A stretch of 64,000 bases of DNA from Longimicrobiales bacterium (GTDB lineage Bacteria; Gemmatimonadota; Gemmatimonadetes; Longimicrobiales; Gaopeijiaceae). A program made the position numbers and the translations under genes. The stretch is taken from NCBI GenBank assembly GCA_965219445.1, contig CBDCNQ010000001.1:32001-96000 (forward strand). The letters run 5' to 3'. Below, piece by piece: positions 30,599 to 39,294 of the stretch. Each line of letters begins with the position of its first letter. Positions within the stretch are counted from its first letter, which is position 1. The notes below the pieces were generated by a model. That model was not told the DNA's origin, ran no database searches, and was given only the letters and a program-made list of their open reading frames with translations.

Positions 30599-32135
30599 TG
30601 GACGGACACAGCGTCGCCCGACCCGCCTTCGACCCACCCGGTGGCTCTTGGTGCTGAGCCTGCTGGCCGGGTGGGTCGTCGCCTGGACGGATGCAGGGAG
30701 CTCTCAGGCTCTCACCGGCACACGGCTCCCGGTCGTAGAGCACGAGCTCGCCAACGGTATGCGTTGGCTCGTTCTACGTCGCGCCGGTGGGCCCACGGTG
30801 TCCTTCATTGTCCAGTTTCGGGTGGGCGCCGTTAACGAGGTTCGAGGGCGAACGGGCATGGCCCACCTACTCGAGCACCTGCTGTTCAAGGGAACTGAGA
30901 CGCTGGGAACCCGGGATGTCACCGCCGAACGTACGCTCTTCGTACGCATGGATGCGCTTCAGGATTCGATCTTGGCACTGGAGATGCGAAGGGATACGAC
31001 AGCCGTACCCCTTCTCAGAGAGCGCATCGACTCGCTCGAGACCGAAGCGAGAGCGCACGTACTCCCGAACGAGTTCGAGAGGGTTCTCACGACGAATGGC
31101 GCCCGCGGCCTCAACGCGACCACCGACTGGGAGTCCACGACCTACTTCGTGGAGCTGCCGGCGAATCGTGCTGAGCTTTGGTTTCTCATGGAGTCAGACC
31201 GAATGGCCAACCCCGTGTTCCGGGAGTTCTACGCCGAGAGGGACATCGTTGCTGAAGAACGCCGACTGCGGGTGGAGACGAATCCCGGCGGGCTTCTCTT
31301 CGAAGCCCACATGGCCGCGGCGTTTACAACACATCCGTACGGACAGCCGGCCGTAGGTTACATGTCCGATATCCAACGGCTTCGCCGGCCGGACGTGGAG
31401 GCATACTTTCGCCGCCATTACGGGCCCAGCAATGCCGTCGTCGCCGTCGTCGGGGACATCGACTCCGATCAGATTGTTGCCTGGGCGGATGAGTATTTTG
31501 GAGATCTTCCCACGAGCGAGACTCCCGGACCGGTCCTGTCGACCGAGCCCGCTCAAGGTGGAGAACGAAGAGTGGAAGTCGCTTTCGACGCCGAGCCTCG
31601 GGTGCGTATCGGGTGGCCAGTCGTCGAAACCACGCACCCAGACGCGCCGGCCCTTTCGGTCCTCTCCTGGCTCCTCACCGGAGGGCGCACGTCGAGGCTG
31701 CATCGGCGCCTCGTGATTCGGGATCGAGTCGCCACGGCGATCAACTCTTCGATTGGGCCCGGCATCCGATTTCCGGGAATCTTTGCGATCGATGCAACGC
31801 CACGTCTCCCCAGCAGTACGGGCGATGTCGAGGCCGCCGTGTACGCCGAGCTCGACTCTCTTCGGCAAACGCCTCCGTCGGAGCGCGAGATGCAGCGGAT
31901 TCGGAATCAGCTCGAGGCGAGTGAGGTTCGGCGGTTGACGTCGAACTTGGGCCTGGCGCTCCAGCTGGCGGGCTCCGCGTCGGCGTTCGGCGATTGGCGC
32001 ACGACGTTCGGTTTCACCGATCGCCTGGCGGCGGTCGAACCCGAAGACGTGCGCCGGGTCGCGCAGCAATTCTTCACGCGCGAGAATCGGACGGTGGCTA
32101 CCGTGGTTCGCCCCGATTCGGTTGCCGGCCGATGA
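30598..32135 (+). CDS. M16 (pitrilysin) metallopeptidase, catalytic subunit; apparent 1-nt frameshift just after the ATG
   Basis: AHLLEH (HxxEH), NATT and EERR motifs. The first in-frame start codons after the mutM stop are TTG/GTG at 30648/30651. Confidence 0.85.
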
Positions 32136-33610
32136 GTTCCTTCGGGCCGTCGAGTCCCCGGTCCATCTCGGCCGTCGCTTTGGTGTGTGTCGCCTTTCCG
32201 AGGGGTCTGTTCGCGCAGGAGCCCACGCCGACAGCGCTCGCCTCCCTGGAGTTCGCACCGTTGGAATTCCGGCAACCGGATGCTCTACAATATCGCGTCG
32301 AGCCCGGCGTGGAGGTCTTCTTCGTCGAAGACCACTCCTTGCCCCTGGTGTCCGTGTTCGCGCGGTTCCGCGGTGGGCCCTCGTACTTCTCTAGGAACGA
32401 ACACGGAGCCACGACCGCGGTTCCGGTGCTCCTTCGTTCGGGGGGCACCCTCGCTCTTCCGCCGGACTCCGTCGACGAGCGTCTGGAGTTCTACGCCGCC
32501 GAGACAACCTTCGGGGGGGGAGGGGCGTCCTCGTTCAGTTCGGTCAACACTCTAACGCGCGATCTAGACGAGGTGCTCGAGATCTGGGGATCTCTGTTGA
32601 GGAACCCGGCCTTCGATCCAACTAGCGTTGAGGTATGGCGTGGCCAGCGACTCGACGCCGTGAGAAGGCAGTCGGAGATTCCTGCGCGGTTGGCGATCGC
32701 CAAATTCAACAATCTCCTGTTCGACGATCACCCCGTAGGGTGGGGGTTGAGGCCCGAGGATCTCGATCCGGAGGATCTGGCCCCGGACATCCTGCATTCC
32801 GTCCATCGGAGGATCTTTTGTTGGGGGAACCTCACGCTGGGCGTGACGGGAGATGTCACTTGGGAGGAAATGCGTCCGAAATTGGAGCGGTTACTCGACG
32901 GTTGGCCTCCCTGTGACGGTAATCTGGAACCCCCGGCACCACCCACGTTCTCCGTCGAGCCCGGAGTTTATGTCATACCGAGGGAAATCGACCAGAGTAC
33001 GATCATCATAGGAAAACCCAGTGACGTGCGCTTGGCTGATAGCGATGACTACTACGCGGCCCGAATCGGCAATTCGATCCTGGGAGGGGGGGGGCTCACC
33101 AGCCGCCTCGCACGTCGGGTCCGTACACAGGAGGGGCTGGCGTATGGGGCAGCTTCGGTTTGGACGACACCCAGGCGCTCGCCGGGGATCATCGCCGCGA
33201 CCACCCAGACGAAGAGCGAATCGACCGTCGAGGCGATTCACGTCATTGCCGAGATCCTCGGGGAAGTAGCGTCGGGACCACCGGAGGACGGGGAGGTGCA
33301 CGACGCCGTCGAACGGATCGTGAACGGGTTCGTCTTCAATTTTGAAAGCCCGGCCCTGATCGTATCCCGCCAGATGTTCTATCTGGGTCAGAATCTTCCC
33401 CTCGATTGGCTACCGCGGTTTCTGGCAGGAGTTCAGGGCGTAACTCCCGCAGCGGTCCACCAAGTCTTCCGTGAAAACCTGCCTCCGAACGGCCTCGACG
33501 ACATGGTGATCGTGATCGTTGGTGACCCGGGAGGGTTCGATCCCGGCCTGGAGGACTTGGGGCCCGTTCGGTTAGTGGAGCAGGACGAAGCCGCGCCTCG
33601 TCCCCGATAG
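32132..33610 (+). CDS. M16 family protein, non-catalytic partner subunit
   Basis: EDHSLPLV and ILGGGGLTSRL...VRTQEGLAY motifs; no HxxEH; ATGA coupling. Confidence 0.88.
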   Translation: MSSFGPSSPRSISAVALVCVAFPRGLFAQEPTPTALASLEFAPLEFRQPDALQYRVEPGVEVFFVEDHSLPLVSVFARFRGGPSYFSRNEHGATTAVPVLLRSGGTLALPPDSVDERLEFYAAETTFGGGGASSFSSVNTLTRDLDEVLEIWGSLLRNPAFDPTSVEVWRGQRLDAVRRQSEIPARLAIAKFNNLLFDDHPVGWGLRPEDLDPEDLAPDILHSVHRRIFCWGNLTLGVTGDVTWEEMRPKLERLLDGWPPCDGNLEPPAPPTFSVEPGVYVIPREIDQSTIIIGKPSDVRLADSDDYYAARIGNSILGGGGLTSRLARRVRTQEGLAYGAASVWTTPRRSPGIIAATTQTKSESTVEAIHVIAEILGEVASGPPEDGEVHDAVERIVNGFVFNFESPALIVSRQMFYLGQNLPLDWLPRFLAGVQGVTPAAVHQVFRENLPPNGLDDMVIVIVGDPGGFDPGLEDLGPVRLVEQDEAAPRPR

Positions 33611-33629
33611 AGACCTGTGAAGGTCTAGA

Positions 33630-34358
33630 TCACGCCCGAACCGCAACGTGGATCGCCGCGATCCCGCCGGTCACCAAGCGCCACTCCACACTTGTGAAAC
33701 CGGACTCGGCCAGCAGGCTGGCCAACTCCTCGGGCCCAGGGAATTCCTTTACCGACGCGGGCAAATAGCTATAGGCCCAAGGATGCCCAGAAACGACCCT
33801 CCCCACGACGGGGAGAATTCGATGGAAATAGAAATTGTAGAGGCCTCGAAGGACTCGGTTCGGCGGCTCCGTGAACTCCAGAATCACGAGTCGGGCACCC
33901 GGGCGAAGGACTCGAGCGAATGCCGAGAAGCCGGCGCGTACGTCGGAGAGATTGCGCACACCGAATCCGACCGTCGCACCATCGAAACATGCACTCGTGA
34001 AGGGCAACCGCAGGGTGTCCCCGCAGATGGGAGTCACGGAAGGGCCGAGCTTGTGGCGCCCCTGGACCAGCATCGGTAAGGCAAAATCGGTCGCGACCAC
34101 AGACCCTCGAAAACCATCCTGCTTCGTCAGCTCCAAGCTCAGATCGAAGGTGCCCGCACACGCATCCAGGTACCTCCCCGTCTCCCGCTCCTGCCACCCG
34201 AGCATCTGGATCGCACGCCGCCGCCAACCTCTATCGATGTTAAGGCTGAGCACATGATTCAACAGGTCGTACCGCGGCGCGATCTCGGAGAAGAGGGTCC
34301 GGACCTGGTTCTCCCTCTCAGTACCATGGGAGGGTTTAGCTTCCGGGATTATCGCCAT
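33630..34358 (-). CDS. ubiE: UbiE/MenG quinone biosynthesis methyltransferase
   Basis: YDLLNHVLS, LDACAGT, FGVRN and YSYLPASV motifs. Confidence 0.9.
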   Translation of the reverse strand: MAIIPEAKPSHGTERENQVRTLFSEIAPRYDLLNHVLSLNIDRGWRRRAIQMLGWQERETGRYLDACAGTFDLSLELTKQDGFRGSVVATDFALPMLVQGRHKLGPSVTPICGDTLRLPFTSACFDGATVGFGVRNLSDVRAGFSAFARVLRPGARLVILEFTEPPNRVLRGLYNFYFHRILPVVGRVVSGHPWAYSYLPASVKEFPGPEELASLLAESGFTSVEWRLVTGGIAAIHVAVRA

Positions 34359-34502
34359 TCGCTCGATCTTTTGGTTACTTTCTCCACCCGAAGGCGTGTA
34401 GCCAGGGCGGGACGGCCGGGAGCCGCGTACCCGGGAAGGACGCGAAGTTTCCCCGGCCGCGCCAACTCGATGGGTCCGAAGGCGCCCCCGCCAGGCAGAC
34501 CC

Positions 34503-35114
34503 ATGAGGGCGGAGCCACTCCACTTGGATTTCGACACGCAGACCGACAAGGAACTGGCGGCGCTGTCGGCGGCCGGGAACGAGGGTGCGGTCGCCGAGCT
34601 GCTCCGACGCTATGAGCGGCCCATCTTTTCCTTGGTCTACCGCATGGTCCGCGACCGGGCCCTGGCCGAAGACTTGGCACGGGAAGCGTTCATCCGTGCC
34701 TTCAACGCCGTCTCCTCCTACGACCCGCGCTACAAGTTCAGCAGCTGGATTTTCAAGATCGCCAACAATCACACGATCGATCATTTGAGACGGCGCAAAC
34801 TCGACACCGTGTCGATCGAGGGCTCGCCCCACGCGCGAACGGCCCAAGAGGAAGAGCGGACACGGCTGGTCGTGGAATCAACGGACGAGAATCCGATGGA
34901 ATATACGGAGCACCGGGAGCTCGGAGATCAGATCGAGCAAGCCATCGGCACGCTCCGTCCCGAATACCGGACGGCCGTTCTCCTGCGCCACGTAGAGGGG
35001 TACGCGTATGAGGAGATCGCGGAAATCATGGACGTGCCCCTGGGAACGGTCAAGACGTATTTGTACCGTGCCCGAAGCGAGCTGAAGGAGATGCTCGCGC
35101 ACCTGACTTCCTGA
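34503..35114 (+). CDS. ECF RNA polymerase sigma factor (SigW-like)
   Basis: Region 2 FSSWIFKIANN and region 4 YEEIAEIMDVPLGTVKT. Confidence 0.92.
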   Translation: MRAEPLHLDFDTQTDKELAALSAAGNEGAVAELLRRYERPIFSLVYRMVRDRALAEDLAREAFIRAFNAVSSYDPRYKFSSWIFKIANNHTIDHLRRRKLDTVSIEGSPHARTAQEEERTRLVVESTDENPMEYTEHRELGDQIEQAIGTLRPEYRTAVLLRHVEGYAYEEIAEIMDVPLGTVKTYLYRARSELKEMLAHLTS

Positions 35115-35124
35115 GCCCTTTTCA

Positions 35125-35151
35125 TGAAACTTTGGAAAACCCGCGTCCGTA
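35125..35151 (+). promoter_or_regulatory. SigW-type ECF promoter upstream of the anti-sigma gene
   Basis: TGAAAC-N17-CGTA, matching the Bacillus SigW-type consensus. Confidence 0.6.
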
Positions 35152-35190
35152 AGGTCTGTAATCAAATCATGAGGAGTCGATAGCGTGGCA

Positions 35191-35508
35191 ATGAAGCATC
35201 CGAAGACACACCTGACCGCTGAGCGGATCCAGGCCTTCCTGGATGATGCCCTTTCTCGAGACGAGCGGGCCGAAGTGCAGGAACATGCCACGACTTGTGG
35301 ACGTTGCACGGCAGAGGTTGAGGCCTGGCAGCTTCTATATTCCGAGCTTGGGGAGCTCCCCGAACTGAGTCCGGCACCAAACTTCGGGGACCGTGTGCTC
35401 GCCGGTCTCAACAAGGCTGTTCCGGCCGCCTCCTTCGGAGCTGGGAGGCTCCCTCCTCGCTGGAGGATGGTGAGCTGGAGTTGGCCCAAATGCTCGATCT
35501 CACGCTAG
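35191..35508 (+). pseudogene. ZAS (zf-HC2) anti-sigma factor, apparently truncated
   Basis: H...HATTCGRC motif. The reading frame becomes non-conserved-looking after about 80 aa and has no TM segment. Confidence 0.65.
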
Positions 35509-36307
35509 ATCGTGGGCGTCTCCTTCGCTGCCGCAACGCTCTGGCACCCGACAATATTTCGACCTCCGCCGACCCGGAGCCGGAGGTCGTGATCGACCCA
35601 ACGGACCCGGATCTCGGTCTGAGTATTCAGGAGCTCGAGGATCTAACGGGCCGCATCCGGCTGGAAATCCAAGAGGAGCTCCGAGATGAGATCCAAGAGG
35701 AGCTCCGAGGTGAGATTCAAGGCGAGCTCCGCGACGAGCTTCGCCGCGAGCTGAGAGACGCCGAAGAAGCGAGCCAAGCCTACCGGCCGTTGCGTGGGGC
35801 TGTGTCGTGCTCGTGGTATCGGTGGTGGGCATCATCGCTCTGCCCTTCTGGGCTCTGCTTTTCCCGGTCGCCGTGGCGCTGGGGGCCGGGCTCGGCTATT
35901 TGGCTGTCGCGAGAAACGTCGGCGAGTGGGTGGCCTCCCGGAACATCAATGGCCTTGAATGGCTCCGACCCACCAACACGTTCTACGCAGTTACCGCGGG
36001 CATCGGGGCTCTCCTCGCCTTCTTTGTCGCCGCCAGCATTCTCGACATCCTGCCCTTCTTCGGGTTCTTCAGTGGGCTCCTCGCCACGTTAGGGACGATG
36101 GCCACGGTGGCCACAGTGCTGATCGGATTCGGAGCCGTACTGCTGACGCGTGGCGGACACCGAGCGGACTTTTACGGCGGCGATGATCCTTTCGCGGACG
36201 AGAAATGGAGGGACGAGAACACGTCGGAGGAGGTCCTCGACGCCGAGGAATTCCCTGACGAATCCACCACAACAGGGACGAAGGCGGGAGAACAGGGCGA
36301 TGCGTAA
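35481..36307 (+). pseudogene. Fragmented membrane-protein gene: acidic coiled segment in one frame, multi-TM C-terminus in another
   Basis: Protein-like sequence switches frame near 35800 (AYRPLRG to VLVVSVVGIIALPF). Confidence 0.55.
35664..35735 (+). repeat. Three tandem 24-bp units encoding EIQEELR(D/G)-like octapeptides
   Basis: GAAATCCAAGAGGAGCTCCGAGAT / GAGATCCAAGAGGAGCTCCGAGGT / GAGATTCAAGGCGAGCTCCGCGAC. Confidence 0.85.
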
Positions 36308-37149
36308 GAGCGTGTCGATGTGGCTGTGGGTGGCGTTGGTCATGGGCCTGAGCCTCGCGGACGCTGTCCACGGGCAGAGTTCGCCGGACAGTCACCATGT
36401 CCCGGCAGGTGGAAGACGAGCAAAGCGTGGAGGTGAATGTCGAGTACGGGACGGGCCGTCTCTCGGTCGGACCGGCCGAGGCCGGCGTCCTCTACCGCAT
36501 GCAACTCGAGTATGACGAAGACGCCTTTGAGCCACTCGCCGAATATCAGGGCTCTTTGCTCAGGATCGGCACCGAAGGTCTCGGCCGCCGTATCCGGCTG
36601 GGGAGTGACCGGACGGCCGGCGAGATGGAATTGGCGTTATCCCGGGACGTGGCGATGGACCTGGGCATGGACTTCGGCGCGGTCCGGGCGGACATAGATC
36701 TCGGGGGTATTCCCCTCACTCGCCTGGAGATCGCCACTGGGGCGTCAGAGACCCTCGTGGATATCTCCGAGCCCAACCCTGAAACGATGTCCCGGGCCAG
36801 TATGGATGTCGGAGCGGCGGAATTCACAGTGCGAAATCTAGGGAACTTCAACACGCAAGAAATCGAGATCGACGCCGGAGTGGGGGACATTGAACTGGGC
36901 TTCGCCGGCGACTGGCGGCAGAACGCGCGAGTCTCCGTGGACATGGGACTCGGGTCCCTGGTGCTGCGCTTCCCGAGGGGTCTCGGTGTACGACTGGAGA
37001 CGGACACCTTCCTCACGTCGCTGGACCCCCAAGGGCTCGTCAAGCGTGGTGACGAGTATTACTCGTTGGACTACGACGAGTCGGAGTACCAGATTACTGT
37101 CGACGTCGACGCCGCGTTCGGAAGCATCCGCGTCGAGTGGGTGGATTGA
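36300..37149 (+). pseudogene. Exported LiaF/DUF4097-like beta-solenoid protein, frameshifted after the signal peptide
   Basis: The coupled ATG 36300 encodes signal peptide MRKSVSMWLWVALVMGLSLADAVHG-Q. The mature domain, with repeated GAxE and GxGxL units, is in a different frame from about 36382. Confidence 0.65.
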
Positions 37150-37165
37150 TTAGGAGGTAATAGAG

Positions 37166-37402
37166 ATGATCGGTACGCTGCTGACCTTTTTCGCCGTCGG
37201 CCTAGCTAGCCTGATTGTGGCTGGAATCGTGCTCTCGATTCTCGGCACCATTCTCTCGATCGGATTCGGCCTCGCGACCTTCCTATTGTTCAAGGTCGCA
37301 CCCGTTTTGCTGGTCGGGTGGGTGGTCCTGAAGGTGATCGATAAACGCTCGGGTGGCGAGAGCCTCTCGGCATCGGACCGCCGTTGGCTGGAAGGGGAGT
37401 AG
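37166..37402 (+). CDS. Small hydrophobic membrane protein
   Basis: Strong RBS AGGAGGT and two TM segments. Confidence 0.8.
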   Translation: MIGTLLTFFAVGLASLIVAGIVLSILGTILSIGFGLATFLLFKVAPVLLVGWVVLKVIDKRSGGESLSASDRRWLEGE

Positions 37403-37412
37403 GGAGGTAAGC

Positions 37413-37473
37413 AAGTAGGTAAGTAGGTAAGTAGGTAAGTAGGTAAGTAGGTAAGTAGGTAAGTAGGTAAGTA
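37413..37473. repeat. Perfect octamer tandem repeat (AAGTAGGT)x7 plus a partial copy
   Basis: Directly visible between convergent genes. Confidence 0.97.
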
Positions 37474-37481
37474 CCGAATGT

Positions 37482-38624
37482 TTAGCCGGTCGGGACCGAG
37501 CTAAGCACCTCCGCTACTGTATCCGCAATCTCGTTTAGAGCCCTCCCCGCGCTTGAGTCCGGCACGGACACGACCGTCGGCGCCCCTTCGTCCCCGGCCA
37601 ACCGCACCGCCGAATCCAGGGGCACACGCCCGAGTAATGGGAGCTCCAGCTCCTCGGCCAGACGCTCCCCTCCTCCACTTCCGAAGATGTCGATCTCTTC
37701 ATCACAGTGGGGACAAGCGAACCCTGACATGTTCTCCACGATGCCCAGAACCGTAGTGTTCACACGCTGAAACATCTTTATGCCGCGGCGTACGTCACCA
37801 GTGGCCACGTCTTGCGGTGTTGTGACCATCACGACCCCATCGATGTCTACGATCTGCACGAGGGAGAGCTGGGCATCGCCGGTGCCAGGGGGCATGTCCA
37901 CCACCATCACATCGAGGTCTCCCCAGGTGACCTGCTCCAGAAACTGCCGGAGGACTCCGGAGATGAGGGGGCCCCGCATGATGGCGGGCTGCTCCTTCTC
38001 GAGAAGGAATCCGATACTCATCAGGCGAACACCGTGCGCCTCCATCGGCTCGATCATCTCCTGGCCCTTGTCCCCCGACACGCCGGGCCGGCCCTCGGCT
38101 CCGAACATCAGCGGGATATTCGGTCCGTAGATGTCGGCGTCGAGAAGGCCCACCCTTTTTCCGGCGGCGGCGAAGGCGGCAGCCAAGTTAGTTGCCACCA
38201 TGGACTTACCGACGCCCCCTTTTCCCGAACTCACCGCAACGACGCGCGTATTTTCGCCCAGGATTCCCGACTTGGGAGTCGGGGCGGGCACCACCCCGGG
38301 GCCTCGACCGGGGCCTCGAGCGGGGACGGAGGAGGTCGGAGGCCCTGAAGGCCGTGGCCCCTCTCCACCCTGCCCGGACTGCGGGAGCGTGACATTGATC
38401 TTCACAGCTCCGACTCCGTCCAATGCCTCCACGGCCCCCCGAGCGTCCCGCACAAGCCCCCCGGGATCGTCCGCTTGAATGGAAAACGAAAAACGGACGT
38501 CCCCCGTGTCACCGACCTCCAACCCCTGGACGTGCCCACTCTCCACGACATTACGGCCGGTCTTGGGGTGACGAACCCCACCCAAAGCCTGAAGTACACG
38601 CCCCCGGAGGTCCCCATCACTCAT
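37482..38624 (-). CDS. mrp: Mrp/ApbC/NBP35 Fe-S cluster carrier ATPase
   Basis: GKGGVGKS, DMPPGTGD and ENMSGFACPHC motifs; DUF59-like N-terminus. Confidence 0.95.
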   Translation of the reverse strand: MSDGDLRGRVLQALGGVRHPKTGRNVVESGHVQGLEVGDTGDVRFSFSIQADDPGGLVRDARGAVEALDGVGAVKINVTLPQSGQGGEGPRPSGPPTSSVPARGPGRGPGVVPAPTPKSGILGENTRVVAVSSGKGGVGKSMVATNLAAAFAAAGKRVGLLDADIYGPNIPLMFGAEGRPGVSGDKGQEMIEPMEAHGVRLMSIGFLLEKEQPAIMRGPLISGVLRQFLEQVTWGDLDVMVVDMPPGTGDAQLSLVQIVDIDGVVMVTTPQDVATGDVRRGIKMFQRVNTTVLGIVENMSGFACPHCDEEIDIFGSGGGERLAEELELPLLGRVPLDSAVRLAGDEGAPTVVSVPDSSAGRALNEIADTVAEVLSSVPTG

Positions 38625-38647
38625 TTCTGCTCCCTGAACTGCTCCCT

Positions 38648-38750
38648 GAAGGCTGTTGAAGAAGTACGGTGGGCCGTGCCGGGGATGCCACGGGGCCGTG
38701 CCACCCCAAATCTTCGACTCGTGAGCTTATGTCATACATGGTGGTGGGAC
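38648..38750 (+). mobile_element. MITE/REP-like element, copy 3 (degenerate, one end only)
   Basis: Starts GAAGGCTGTTGAAGAAGTAC and contains GCTTATGTCATA as in copy 4. No right TIR. Preceded by a 12-bp tandem duplication CTGCTCCCTGAA (38627-38650). Confidence 0.7.
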
Positions 38751-38850
38751 GCCGAGTCAGAAAAACAAGGGGGCACTACATGCGGTGGCGCCGGTTGGGT
38801 AAGACGAGTTCCCCAATCAGAGTATGCGACCTGTCAGTCCGCCCCGAGCT

Positions 38851-39087
38851 TCAAACCGCCTGAACCTCCGTAATGTTCGGGATACGACTCTTGAGGCGCT
38901 GTTCGATCCCGTCCTTCAGCGTCATCATGGAGATTGGGCAATCTTCGCACGCACCAAGGAGGCGAAGCTCAACCACCCCTCCTTCCTCATTGAAGCGCAG
39001 GAACTCGACATCCCCACCATCTGCCTTGAGTGCGGGGCGTATCGACTCCAGGATCTCTTCGATCTTCGCCTCGACGGTACTCGGCAT
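38851..39087 (-). CDS. NifU/Nfu-domain protein
   Basis: IRPALKADGGDVE, GACEDCP and TLKDGIE motifs. Confidence 0.92.
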   Translation of the reverse strand: MPSTVEAKIEEILESIRPALKADGGDVEFLRFNEEGGVVELRLLGACEDCPISMMTLKDGIEQRLKSRIPNITEVQAV

Positions 39088-39294
39088 GAGAACGCTTCCG
39101 TGATCGAATGCTTCGAGCCGGTGAAAAAGCTTGGGGGTTTTCAACACACGAGTCAACCGGACGACCCTATATTGAATGTAGCATGAATCCGCAGACCGCT
39201 TGCGTTCTGAGCCCGTTCCGCGAAATTTTCTCCAAACTTATGTTTCCGGGGCCCTGAACGTAAGGATGCAGAAGACCCGTTGAGAGGCAGGCAC

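Noticed and set aside
34425..34453. Third ECF promoter (GGAAACTT, minus strand) upstream of ubiE
   Set aside because: No CGT/CGG -10 element at the spacing seen in the other two motifs.
37413..37473. CRISPR array
   Set aside because: Uninterrupted 8-bp units with no spacers.
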